Assembly (NCBI GenBank): GCA_902618015.1
Contig: CACMYX010000001.1
Coordinates: forward strand, 252,028-316,027
DNA length: 64,000 nt
Direction of reading: 5' to 3'
Source of the DNA: an uncultured Alphaproteobacteria bacterium
GTDB lineage: Bacteria; Pseudomonadota; Alphaproteobacteria; HIMB59; GCA-002718135
Notes under the pieces: generated by a model
Database searches by the model: none
What the model saw: only the letters and a program-made list of their open reading frames with translations
Told to the model about the DNA's origin: nothing
In this document: positions 25,585 through 35,384 of the stretch, piece after piece
Layout of the letters: each line of letters starts with the position of its first letter
How positions within the stretch are numbered: the stretch's first letter is position 1
Program-made: the position numbers and the translations under genes

Positions 25585-26580
25585 GTGTCTAAAATTTACG
25601 TGGATTTCATTAGAGGTAAAGTAATTGAGAGTACTCACCAAGTTAAAGCATTAGTAACAAATATTAATGGTAAGATTCTGTTATCTACAAATAATGATAA
25701 TGAATTTTTTTTTCCTAGATCATCAATTAAAATATTTCAGGCTATTCCTTTTTCAATGTCAAATGCAATTAAAAATTATAAGTTGAATAATAAACAAATA
25801 GCTTTAGCATGTGCGTCACATAAAGGAGAAAAATTTCATATAAGGGAACTGAAAAAATGGGTCTCAAAAATTAACTTAAAAGCAGAAAATTTACAATGTG
25901 GTATTCATGGGCCGTTAGATAAAAAAGCTTGTGAAAAAATAATATATTCAAGAAAAAAATTTAATGAACTACACAACAATTGTGCTGGAAAACACTTAGC
26001 TATGTTAACAAGCTGTTTGGTGAATAATCAGAGCATTAAAAACTATCTGGATTATAATCATACACATCAAAAAAATATTAGAAAAATTTTTAATAAATTT
26101 ACAGAGACCAAACTATCAAAGAAAAATTTCTCTCTAGATGGATGTAGTGCCCCACAATATTCATTTAAATTTAAATCTATTTCAAATGCATTAAATAATT
26201 TGATTAAAAGTTATAAAAATAACTATCATTATACTAAGCAAGTAAGAACTTTGGTTAATTCAGTTTTAGAAAATCCTGAGTTTATTGGTGGAACATCAAG
26301 CTTTGACACTAAAGTGATGAAAGCTTCAAAAGGAAAAATATTTTGTAAAAGTGGAGCAGAAGGTGTTTTTATATTTGTTGATATTCAAAAAGAAATTAGT
26401 GGTGTAATAAAAATTTCAGATGGAAATGAAAGAGCTATTGCAATTACTATACTAAATATTTTTAAAAAGACAAAAATCATGAATAAAAAAGAATTAAAAA
26501 ATTTAGAAAAAAAAGAAAAATTTGATCTACAAAATCATGCGGGGAAAAAAATTGGTCGCATCAGCTTTACAATGAAATAA
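25585..26580 (+). CDS. asparaginase II family protein
   Basis: GTG start. 331 aa with RSS.K..QA, ASH.GE..H, CSGKH-like NCAGKHLAML and DGCSAP motifs of the asparaginase_II (PF06089-type) family. Confidence 0.7.
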   Translation: MSKIYVDFIRGKVIESTHQVKALVTNINGKILLSTNNDNEFFFPRSSIKIFQAIPFSMSNAIKNYKLNNKQIALACASHKGEKFHIRELKKWVSKINLKAENLQCGIHGPLDKKACEKIIYSRKKFNELHNNCAGKHLAMLTSCLVNNQSIKNYLDYNHTHQKNIRKIFNKFTETKLSKKNFSLDGCSAPQYSFKFKSISNALNNLIKSYKNNYHYTKQVRTLVNSVLENPEFIGGTSSFDTKVMKASKGKIFCKSGAEGVFIFVDIQKEISGVIKISDGNERAIAITILNIFKKTKIMNKKELKNLEKKEKFDLQNHAGKKIGRISFTMK

Positions 26581-26998
26581 AAAACAAAAATATGATAATT
26601 AAAGCCGTTAAGGGAAATCTGAGGTAGTAAAATGCCTTTTTATTTGTTTCGTTTGCAAATAAAATAATATAATCGAAAAATAATTGGGTTAATAACAATA
26701 AAATTATTATAATAAAAATTATTAAAAAATCTATATTAAGAAGATTTAAAATAATTATAATAACAGCAAATAAGCTTGGTAAGAAACCGTATATAACTAA
26801 GTGAGTTGGTGGATTATTTTTTAAATTCCAATTTATTGATCCAATAAAAACAATTATAATTAGACTGTAGTAAGTAATAAAATTAATTAGATCTTCTTCC
26901 TTAACTATTAAAAAATAGTATTTATCTAAAAAAGTTAAAACATATGGTATTAATCCAAAATATGAAATTAGAAATTGAAAATTAATGTTTTTGGACAT
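26567..26998 (-). CDS. small 4-TM integral membrane protein (DUF3429-like)
   Basis: 143 aa, four hydrophobic segments. Convergent 14-nt overlap with the upstream gene. Confidence 0.5.
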   Translation of the reverse strand: MSKNINFQFLISYFGLIPYVLTFLDKYYFLIVKEEDLINFITYYSLIIIVFIGSINWNLKNNPPTHLVIYGFLPSLFAVIIIILNLLNIDFLIIFIIIILLLLTQLFFDYIILFANETNKKAFYYLRFPLTALIIIFLFFISL

Positions 26999-27003
26999 TT
27001 GGT

Positions 27004-27879
27004 ATGATCGAACAAAGTAGCATTTTAGAAATTGAAAAACTTTTAGATAATAAAAAAATTATAGATAGCAAGTTATTATCTAACTCTTTTGGTATTAATT
27101 GTTTAAAAATTGTTACAAGTGATAGTAAGGAGTTTATTGTCAAATATTATTTCAAAAATAATGATAAATTTAACGCTATAAAATCTGAAACAGATAATCT
27201 TATTTTTTTTAATAAACAAAAGTTTAATTATTTTCCAAGTATTATTAACTATAATGATAAATTTCTAATAATGTCATTCATAGATAATAATGAAGATCAG
27301 CCAAAAGAAACAAATGATGATTTGTTAAATGCTATAATTTCTATTCATTCATTAAAGAGTAAAGATTATGGTTTTGTTTTTGATACACAGATTGGTGGTT
27401 TAAAACAGATTAATTCTCAAGCAAAGAATTGGGAAGAATTCTATACAGATAGAAGACTGTATTACATATTTAATTTAATTAATAAAAATAACCCTATGGA
27501 TAAAGCAATTAACACTAAAATTGATTTATTGATTAAAAAGATAGGTAATTTTATTCCAAACAATCCAGTTCCATCATTATTACACGGTGACTTATGGGAA
27601 GGAAATATACTTTTTAAAAACAAAAAATTTGCAGGTTTTATTGACCCAGGATCATTTTATGGTCACAATGAATTGGAAGTATCCTATTTAAGATGGTTTA
27701 ACCCAAAATTCATTGATGATAGTTTTTTAGATAAGTACAACGATCACATAAAGATTGATAAATATTACTTAGAATATGAGCCAATTTATCAATTATATTA
27801 TTCATTATTAAATGTTTATTTATGGGATAGGGTTTACGTTAAGGATGTTCATAATTTATTAAGTAAAATTAAAATATAA
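27004..27879 (+). CDS. fructosamine/ketosamine-3-kinase family protein
   Basis: Kinase-like LLHGDLWEGN..F..FIDP catalytic and Mg-binding motifs. 291 aa. Confidence 0.8.
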   Translation: MIEQSSILEIEKLLDNKKIIDSKLLSNSFGINCLKIVTSDSKEFIVKYYFKNNDKFNAIKSETDNLIFFNKQKFNYFPSIINYNDKFLIMSFIDNNEDQPKETNDDLLNAIISIHSLKSKDYGFVFDTQIGGLKQINSQAKNWEEFYTDRRLYYIFNLINKNNPMDKAINTKIDLLIKKIGNFIPNNPVPSLLHGDLWEGNILFKNKKFAGFIDPGSFYGHNELEVSYLRWFNPKFIDDSFLDKYNDHIKIDKYYLEYEPIYQLYYSLLNVYLWDRVYVKDVHNLLSKIKI

Positions 27880-27883
27880 AAGA

Positions 27884-28936
27884 TTAAACACAAGGATTTG
27901 GATCAGATAAATGAATTTCTTCAATTTCTTTTAATGTTTCTTTTGATAAAGATATTTCTATACTATCTATATTTTCTTTAAGTTGTTTCATATTTGTAGC
28001 CCCAATGATATTACTGGTTACAAATGGTCGATTATTCACAAAAGCGTTAGCAAATGTAGATGGTGGAATGCCAAGTTTATTTGCAAGATTAAAGTATTTT
28101 TCAATAGCTATTTCTCCTCTTTCAGTATGATGTCTAGAAAATCTTCTCGGCCATAGAGTATACCTAGCATTTTTTGGATTTTTTCCTCCAATATATTTTC
28201 CACTTAACCTTCCACCTGCTAGTGGTGAGTATGCAAGCAAGCCACAATTTTCTCTGATAGAAACTTCGGAATTATGAATGTCAAATACTCGGTTAACCAA
28301 ACTATATACATTCTGAATTGACATCATGCGCGGTAAGTTTTTTTCTTTAGATGTTTGCAAATATTTCATAACACCCCATGGTGTTTCATTGGATAAGCCA
28401 GCATATCTGATTTTGCCTGCCTTAACAAGTTGATCAAGATTGTATAAAACCTCTTCAATAGTGGTCCAATTGTTATCACTAGCATCATATTCAAAATCTA
28501 AAACTCCAAATTTAGGAACATTTCTTTCTGGCCAATGTAGTTGGTATAAATCTATATAATCTGTTTTTAGTCTTCTGAGACTTTCATCTATTGCGGCATT
28601 CATATTTTTTTTATCAAAACCAAGTGTCTTAGATCCTTTTCTTATCCATTCAAGACCATCTGATTTCGAAGCTACTTTTGATGCCAATATTATCTTATCT
28701 CTATTTTTTCTTTCCTTAATCCAATTACCAACTATTTCTTCAGTTTTTCCATATGTTTCCTTTCTAGGCATGATTGCATAAAGCTCAGCTGTATCAAAAA
28801 AATTTACACCCTTTTCTTCTGCATAGTTCATTTGATCAAAACCATCTTGTTGACTATTTTGTTCACCAAAAGTCATAGTTCCCAAACAAATAACGCTTAC
28901 ATCAATATCTGTATTCCCTAATTTTCTATACTTCAT
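27884..28936 (-). CDS. aldo/keto reductase (Tas-like)
   Basis: MKYRKLGNTDIDVS..LGTMTFG, DTAE.Y and YQLHWPER motifs. 350 aa. Confidence 0.88.
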   Translation of the reverse strand: MKYRKLGNTDIDVSVICLGTMTFGEQNSQQDGFDQMNYAEEKGVNFFDTAELYAIMPRKETYGKTEEIVGNWIKERKNRDKIILASKVASKSDGLEWIRKGSKTLGFDKKNMNAAIDESLRRLKTDYIDLYQLHWPERNVPKFGVLDFEYDASDNNWTTIEEVLYNLDQLVKAGKIRYAGLSNETPWGVMKYLQTSKEKNLPRMMSIQNVYSLVNRVFDIHNSEVSIRENCGLLAYSPLAGGRLSGKYIGGKNPKNARYTLWPRRFSRHHTERGEIAIEKYFNLANKLGIPPSTFANAFVNNRPFVTSNIIGATNMKQLKENIDSIEISLSKETLKEIEEIHLSDPNPCV

Positions 28937-29006
28937 ACTATTTTTACAAAATGCCTTGAAATTGTCGGATTTATAGCGATATTAATTATAATTAAAAGGA
29001 GAAATT

Positions 29007-29759
29007 ATGGCTTTAGACTTTAATCAACGATCTTTTACTAAATCAGTAGATCAGGCGGCAATCGATGAAGGCTTAAGAGCGTATATGCTTAAAGTCTACA
29101 ATTATATGACAATTGGCTTGTTACTTACTGGATTTATTGCTTACTTCTTTGGAAAAGCGTCAATAGTAACGAACGAGATGGGGCAAATTGTGGGAGTAAC
29201 CCAAGTAGGTGCATTACTTTTTGGATCTCCACTAAAATGGGTTGTCATGTTGGCTCCATTAGGTTTTGTATTTTATTTGAGTGCAAGAATAAATAGAATG
29301 TCAGTATCTGCAGCTCAAATAACATTTTGGTTATTTGCAAGTATAATGGGTCTATCATTAGCTTCAGTATTTATTGAATTTACTCAAACTTCTATAGCTA
29401 GAGTATTTTTTATTACAGCAAGCACATTTGGAGCAATGAGTTTATATGGTTATACTACAAAAAGAGACTTAACAAAACTTGGTGGTTTCTTATTTATGGG
29501 GCTAATCGGAATTATTATTGCAAGTGTAGTTAATATTTTTGTTGGTTCCACAGCATTGCAGTTTGCAATCTCTGTTATTGGTGTTCTAGTTTTTGTAGGA
29601 CTAACAGCATATGATACGCAAAATATCAAAAATATGTATTATGGTGGTGATAGTGAAGAGATAGGATCAAAAAAAGCACTGATGGGAGCATTAAAATTGT
29701 ATTTGGACTTCATCAACCTATTCATTTTATTACTACAATTATTTGGTCAAAGAAGATAA
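29007..29759 (+). CDS. Bax inhibitor-1 / YccA family membrane protein
   Basis: Seven TM segments. ..AYDTQ.IK.. motif, LYLDFINLF and charged C-terminus. RBS AAAGGAG upstream. Confidence 0.88.
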   Translation: MALDFNQRSFTKSVDQAAIDEGLRAYMLKVYNYMTIGLLLTGFIAYFFGKASIVTNEMGQIVGVTQVGALLFGSPLKWVVMLAPLGFVFYLSARINRMSVSAAQITFWLFASIMGLSLASVFIEFTQTSIARVFFITASTFGAMSLYGYTTKRDLTKLGGFLFMGLIGIIIASVVNIFVGSTALQFAISVIGVLVFVGLTAYDTQNIKNMYYGGDSEEIGSKKALMGALKLYLDFINLFILLLQLFGQRR

Positions 29760-29790
29760 TTCTTTTAAAAACTCAATATCTTTTTATTAT

Positions 29791-29819
29791 ACCCAGTCTT
29801 TTAAAGACTGGGTTTTTTT
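29791..29819 (+). terminator. intrinsic terminator
   Basis: ACCCAGTCTT-tta-AAGACTGGGT followed by TTTTTT, ending 1 nt before the next ATG. Confidence 0.75.
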
Positions 29820-31625
29820 ATGTCTAGCGTAGAGAATAAACTTAACAGAATTATCAATACATTTAACAATGTAGATAAAGTAGTCGCTTACAAAGACATA
29901 AAAAATCTATCAGCAAAATATAATAAAAACATAAGCGTTCAAAATGTTTTATTTCAAATAGCTAAAAAAGTAGGAGATATAGATACAGCAATTAATGCTT
30001 TAAGAAAAATTCTGTTAGTCGAAAAAAATAATACTTCGTACCTTTCTCAATTATATAAATTACTTTTGGGAAAAGGTTTGTTTGATCAAGCATTAGAAAT
30101 AATAGGTATTATTCTTGAAATAGATAATAAAAACTATGATGCTTTACGTGATAAATCTTATATTTTTTTTCTAAAGAATGATTATATTAATGCAAAGAAG
30201 TTTATAGATAAAATTATAAATTTTAAAGACGATGATTACTTTGGATACAATATTAAAGGCTTAATTCATCTTAAAAATAACAACTTCTACGAAGCAAAAA
30301 ATCATTTTGAACAAGCGATTAAGATAAATAGTAAATATATAGATAGTTATAATAATTTAGGTGTTTGTCTGCTTGAGTTAGAAAAATTAAATGAAGCATA
30401 TAAAGTATTTAAAGATGCTCATGATATTGACTCTGATAATGTTAAAACTCTAATGAACTTGGGTAATGTTTTAAGTCTTCAAGATAATATTTTAGAAGCA
30501 ATAAAAATTTACAACAAAGCATTAGCTTTAGATGCAAACAATCAAGAAATTCTATCAAATATAGCGATATGTTATTGTAGAGAGGGTAAAGATAAAGAAG
30601 CTAAAATTTACTACGATAAAGCAATTAAAATTAATCCAAATGATTATAAATTAAAATATGCATATTGTACTTTACAGTTAAAATTAAATAAATTTTTTAC
30701 TTCATGGAAATTATTTGACTCAAGACTTTTGATTGAAAAAAATAAAATCAAATTAAATAATTTTGAATTCGTTAAGAATAATCTATTTGACAATTTGAAA
30801 GTAGATCCAAAAAAAAAGTTGCTAATATTAAGAGAACAAGGGATTGGTGAAGAAATCTTGTTTAGCTCTATATATCAAGATATTATTGATAATTATAAAG
30901 ATATTAAAATTGAAGCTGATAAAAGACTAATACCAATTTTTACACGTTCGTTTCAAAACAATAATTTTGTTGAGGATGGATTCTATTCAAAAAATTCGAA
31001 GATATCTGAATTTGATAATGTAGTATACGCTGGAAGTATGATTCGGTTCTTTAGAAAAAGAAAAACCGACTTTACTAACAAAAATTATTTATCAGCTAGA
31101 AATGACATTATTGATGAATATAAGAAGAGATTATCAAGTTACAAAGAAAAACTGAAAGTAGGTATTTCATGGAAAAGTATCATAAATATTTATGGAAGTT
31201 TGAAATCATTATCCATCAAAGATTTTGAACCACTATTTACTAGTGATAGACTTATTATAAATTTACAGTATGGAAATGTTGACAACGATAAAGAATATTT
31301 ATCAAGTCAAAATAAGTATTTAAAAATATTTAATGATTTAGATCTATTCAATGATATCGAATCTTGTATGGGCTTACTAAAAAACTTAGATTTGTTTATA
31401 ACAGTAAGTAACTCAACAGCTCATTTTGCAGGAGCTCTAGGAATACCTACAATATTAATTTGTCCAAAAAAATCATCTACATATTTCTACTGGAATACTA
31501 GTAGCGGATCATCAATATGGTATAAAAATATTAAAGTATTAGGAATAGAAAACTCAGTAACTAAAACTATTATGCAAATAAATAACATTGTAGATAAAAA
31601 TAATGAATTTAATTTCTCAAATTAA
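29820..31625 (+). CDS. TPR-repeat protein with C-terminal GT9-like (GT-B) domain
   Basis: N-terminal ~300 aa of TPR repeats (..A...Y.KAL..DPNN..). C-terminal LILREQGIGEEILFSSIY and VSNSTAHFAGALGIPT resemble heptosyltransferase-family motifs. Confidence 0.6.
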   Translation: MSSVENKLNRIINTFNNVDKVVAYKDIKNLSAKYNKNISVQNVLFQIAKKVGDIDTAINALRKILLVEKNNTSYLSQLYKLLLGKGLFDQALEIIGIILEIDNKNYDALRDKSYIFFLKNDYINAKKFIDKIINFKDDDYFGYNIKGLIHLKNNNFYEAKNHFEQAIKINSKYIDSYNNLGVCLLELEKLNEAYKVFKDAHDIDSDNVKTLMNLGNVLSLQDNILEAIKIYNKALALDANNQEILSNIAICYCREGKDKEAKIYYDKAIKINPNDYKLKYAYCTLQLKLNKFFTSWKLFDSRLLIEKNKIKLNNFEFVKNNLFDNLKVDPKKKLLILREQGIGEEILFSSIYQDIIDNYKDIKIEADKRLIPIFTRSFQNNNFVEDGFYSKNSKISEFDNVVYAGSMIRFFRKRKTDFTNKNYLSARNDIIDEYKKRLSSYKEKLKVGISWKSIINIYGSLKSLSIKDFEPLFTSDRLIINLQYGNVDNDKEYLSSQNKYLKIFNDLDLFNDIESCMGLLKNLDLFITVSNSTAHFAGALGIPTILICPKKSSTYFYWNTSSGSSIWYKNIKVLGIENSVTKTIMQINNIVDKNNEFNFSN

Positions 31626-33396
31626 TAATATTCTCAAAAAATTTGAAACAGGTGATAGATTAAAGAGTTACAAAGAGCTTAAAAAAATTTTTTTAAAAAA
31701 TAAAAATAATAATTTATTACGTTATAACTTAGCAGTTATACAAAAAAATCTAAACTTTAATAAAGAGGCAAGGATAAATTACAATTATTTAATAAAAGTT
31801 GAAAAAAATCTTAAAGCAATGATTAATCTTTATAATATGGATATTGAAGAAGCAAATTATTTTGAAGCACTAAACATGATAGAAAATATTTTAAAAATAA
31901 AAACAATAGAAAATGTGAATAGAGATAAAGCTTTCGTTCTATACAAATTAAATAGAATTGAAGAAGCAAAAAAAATTTGTATATTTTATCTCAAGAAAAA
32001 TAATAAAGACTTAGGTTTTCTGGGTGTAATAGGTCAATGCTTATTTCATGAAGGGAGCTATGATAAAGCAATAAAAATATTTAAAAGTATATTAAAAGTA
32101 GATTCGAAAAACCTCTCAGCATTAAATTCTTTAGCAAGAACCTACCAAGAGAAAAATGAAAAAATTAAAGCAGAAGAATATTATCTAAGAGCTTTAGCAA
32201 TAGATAATTTATCTTTTTATTTATTAAATAATATTGCTGGTTTTTATAGAGAGGAATTGGCTTATGATAAAGCTATTGATTACTATAAACAGGCTCTATC
32301 AGTAAATCCAAATAATGCTTATATATATAACAATTTAGCGAAGATTTATTTTGATTTAGATAATCATAAACAAGCCATGAAGAATAGCTTTAAAGCTCTA
32401 GAAATGAAAAGGAATGATGGTGATATTCAAAAAACAATTTCTTTTATATATCTTAAGGATCATGATTTTGAAAATGGCTGGAATTACTTTGATGGAAGAT
32501 TAGATTTAGAAGATTTTAAGGAAAAAAGTAGCTATGTTAAAAAATTAAATAAAAAATTATATAGATCAAGTAATCTAAATTACAAAAGAGATAAATTTTT
32601 AGTTGTAAGAGAACAAGGTATTGGAGATGAAATACTGTATAGTTCAATGTATGAAGATCTTTTAAATGATATTGATAATACAGTTATAGAATGCGATCTA
32701 CGTTTATTAAATCTCTACAAAAGATCATTTCCAAAATATAGTGAAAAATTTGTAGGTCTTGGTACTATTACAAATAATGATGAGAAGTTTAAAGCAATTG
32801 ATAATATTATTTATGCAGGAAGCTTAGGTAGATATTATCGTAAAAATATTAAAGATTTTAAAAATAATTCTTATTTAAAAGTAAACCAAAAATATTTTGA
32901 TGATATGAAAAAAAAGTTATCAATTTATAAAAAAAAATACAAAATCGGATTATCATGGAAAAGTTTTAATAATAAATTTGCAACAGACAAATCTCTAAAT
33001 CTCAAAGATCTTAATAGGATTTTTAAACTTACCGACTGTGATATCTTTAATCTACAATATGGTAATGTTAAGGATGAAATTAATAGTTTCAATAATTTAA
33101 CTAAAAATAAACTACTAAATATAGAAGGTCTTGATTTGTACAACGATTTTGAAGGCATCGCTTCATTGTTAAAATCACTTGATGTCTTTATTACTATCAG
33201 TAATAGCACTGCACATCTAGCTGGTGCATTGGGTGTGAATACAATTTTAATTAAGCCAGAGAATTATGCCATTTTTCACTATTGGAATCAAAAAACAGAT
33301 AGTACACCTTGGTATGCTTCGATTAGATTAATTGATAAAAAAAAATTTTTAAACGATTCTAAATTTTTAGATAATATTTTTAAAAATTTGAGCTAA
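31603..33396 (+). CDS. TPR-repeat protein with C-terminal GT9-like domain (tandem paralogue)
   Basis: Same architecture and collinear motifs as the upstream gene (LVVREQGIGDEILYSSMY ; ISNSTAHLAGALGVNT). 23-nt overlap with that gene. Confidence 0.6.
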   Translation: MNLISQINNILKKFETGDRLKSYKELKKIFLKNKNNNLLRYNLAVIQKNLNFNKEARINYNYLIKVEKNLKAMINLYNMDIEEANYFEALNMIENILKIKTIENVNRDKAFVLYKLNRIEEAKKICIFYLKKNNKDLGFLGVIGQCLFHEGSYDKAIKIFKSILKVDSKNLSALNSLARTYQEKNEKIKAEEYYLRALAIDNLSFYLLNNIAGFYREELAYDKAIDYYKQALSVNPNNAYIYNNLAKIYFDLDNHKQAMKNSFKALEMKRNDGDIQKTISFIYLKDHDFENGWNYFDGRLDLEDFKEKSSYVKKLNKKLYRSSNLNYKRDKFLVVREQGIGDEILYSSMYEDLLNDIDNTVIECDLRLLNLYKRSFPKYSEKFVGLGTITNNDEKFKAIDNIIYAGSLGRYYRKNIKDFKNNSYLKVNQKYFDDMKKKLSIYKKKYKIGLSWKSFNNKFATDKSLNLKDLNRIFKLTDCDIFNLQYGNVKDEINSFNNLTKNKLLNIEGLDLYNDFEGIASLLKSLDVFITISNSTAHLAGALGVNTILIKPENYAIFHYWNQKTDSTPWYASIRLIDKKKFLNDSKFLDNIFKNLS

Positions 33397-34081
33397 ATTT
33401 TTTAGAGAGATATTCATCTCTTTCTAATATCCATTCTCTTGCAAACTCAACATCTTGCCATTCTGAAAACCAAGGTCCGCCTCGTGTATAATGAACTGCA
33501 TAAGGTTTTTTATTATTGTGACCTGAGGTCCAACCCTCTAACCAATTCCATCTTTCATCTAATGAACCAATTTCATCGTCTTTGCACCATTTAAATTGAT
33601 GAAGATATTTTCCAGTTTCATTATTTACTTTTTCCACTGTAAGATTTTTTGTGCTAGGATGAGAACAATTGTATAAAATAAAACTAGACCAATTTTTTCT
33701 AGGATATATAGTTTGTTTTTGTCCATCCATTTTATGTTTTTCTTTGGGTGTGTAGTCATGCTGAACACAATAAGCAGCTTTAGATTCGTCTAGATTATTT
33801 AATAAATTTGCAACATCTCCTAAAAAAATAAAATCACAATCACAAAAAACTGCCCATCCTTGATAATTCATAAGTTTAGGAACTAAAAACCTAGAATAAG
33901 TAAATTGTGTAGAAGCCAGTGGATCAACATTTCTAGTATATAGATTTTTGGCTATGAGTTCATCTAATTTTAAAGAAACAACATCTACATTAATACTAGA
34001 ACGCTTTAAAAGTGAGTGTTTGCAGACTCTGTAAGCAATGTCCTCTTTAGAGTCATATCCTATAAAAAAATGTAGCTTCAT
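33380..34081 (-). CDS. GT8-like glycosyltransferase
   Basis: TQFTYSRFLVP.. and AVFCDCDFIFLGD (DxD-type) patterns of family-8-like nucleotide-sugar transferases. 233 aa. Confidence 0.5.
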   Translation of the reverse strand: MKLHFFIGYDSKEDIAYRVCKHSLLKRSSINVDVVSLKLDELIAKNLYTRNVDPLASTQFTYSRFLVPKLMNYQGWAVFCDCDFIFLGDVANLLNNLDESKAAYCVQHDYTPKEKHKMDGQKQTIYPRKNWSSFILYNCSHPSTKNLTVEKVNNETGKYLHQFKWCKDDEIGSLDERWNWLEGWTSGHNNKKPYAVHYTRGGPWFSEWQDVEFAREWILERDEYLSKKFSSNF

Positions 34082-34082
34082 A

Positions 34083-35384
34083 TTAATTATCTTTTTGTCT
34101 TAACATTTTATGAGATGTCCAAACAAGAGAATTATAATTTCCAGAATTAGATACAGAAGTCCATTCATCTTGGGATTGATTTGTAATTTTACAAATCCAC
34201 GTATTTTCGATGCTAGCATTTTCGGCTCTCATGATCCAAGCATCACTTTTTTGTTTGTCATTATTTTCTCCAAGTTCTATATCAGACATGAAATAACATA
34301 TTTCTTTTGATGGATTAGATCCGATCATTCCTGAAATGTTTTCTCTAGCTAATTCCCAGTTAAGATTTTTTATCGCAAAATAAATTAAAAGTTTTTTTGA
34401 TTCTTCTAAGTTTAGATTATTTTTAACTAAATCTTTTATAAATTTCATTTCACTTAAATTATTTTCAATTAATATTTTAGTTATAATAGATCTGAGTAAA
34501 TAATTTGGGTTTAAATTCCAATACTTCTTAATTAATTTAATCAATACCTTTTTATCAGCAAGATTGGCAGAAATCTCTAAATGATATTTTATATATGGAG
34601 GAAAGTTTTTCTTTAACTCTACTGCTTTAAGAATATTTTTTAGAGCATCTTTTGGATCACTATCAAATTTGATTTTTGCAATTTCATAATAACCAACTGA
34701 TTTATTTTCATTAAGATCATTCTTATCAATAATTCTATGTGAAAAAGCTTTGTCTGATAATGAAATTAGTTGGTTCCAATTCTTAGTTTTTGCAGAAATG
34801 AATATTAGTGTTTTATAGAGTTTTTCAATCTTTGGATTTAGGGAAAACAATTTTTCTCCATATAAAAAAGCATGATGGTAATCGTGATTTTTCAAATTTT
34901 GTTCCATTAATCCTCTATATCCAAGTGTTTCTGTTTTCTTTGATTTAATCATATCTTCATAGACATTGTTTAGTTCTGGAAATTTTTTTTCTATCTTTAA
35001 AACCTCAGATTTTAATAAAAGAGATAAAGATGGATCATCTTTTAAATAGGAAGTCATTTTTTTATGTGATTTTATTGCAGTCTTATTATCTTTGTTAGCA
35101 ATAGCAATCATTGCGTCGACAAAATACAAATATCCTTTTTCAATTTTTTTATATTTGTTTTTTAGTAAATATTGCCGCAATGATAATCTTGAACGAAAAA
35201 ATAAATAAAACATTAAATATAATATAAAAACTAGAGAAATAAAAATTACAGAAAATAAATTTGATGAAAATGTATATTTTAAATTGCCAATATCCAAAGA
35301 TATAATAAATGGATTAGTAAAAATAAATGTCAAAATTATTATTAAAAGTAATAATTGTATTATAAATATAGAAAATCTGAACAT
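34083..35384 (-). CDS. HemY N-terminal-domain / TPR membrane protein (HemY-like)
   Basis: Two N-terminal TM helices followed by a TPR-like helical region. Adjacent to a HemX-like coiled-coil gene, as in alphaproteobacterial hem loci. Confidence 0.6.
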   Translation of the reverse strand: MFRFSIFIIQLLLLIIILTFIFTNPFIISLDIGNLKYTFSSNLFSVIFISLVFILYLMFYLFFRSRLSLRQYLLKNKYKKIEKGYLYFVDAMIAIANKDNKTAIKSHKKMTSYLKDDPSLSLLLKSEVLKIEKKFPELNNVYEDMIKSKKTETLGYRGLMEQNLKNHDYHHAFLYGEKLFSLNPKIEKLYKTLIFISAKTKNWNQLISLSDKAFSHRIIDKNDLNENKSVGYYEIAKIKFDSDPKDALKNILKAVELKKNFPPYIKYHLEISANLADKKVLIKLIKKYWNLNPNYLLRSIITKILIENNLSEMKFIKDLVKNNLNLEESKKLLIYFAIKNLNWELARENISGMIGSNPSKEICYFMSDIELGENNDKQKSDAWIMRAENASIENTWICKITNQSQDEWTSVSNSGNYNSLVWTSHKMLRQKDN

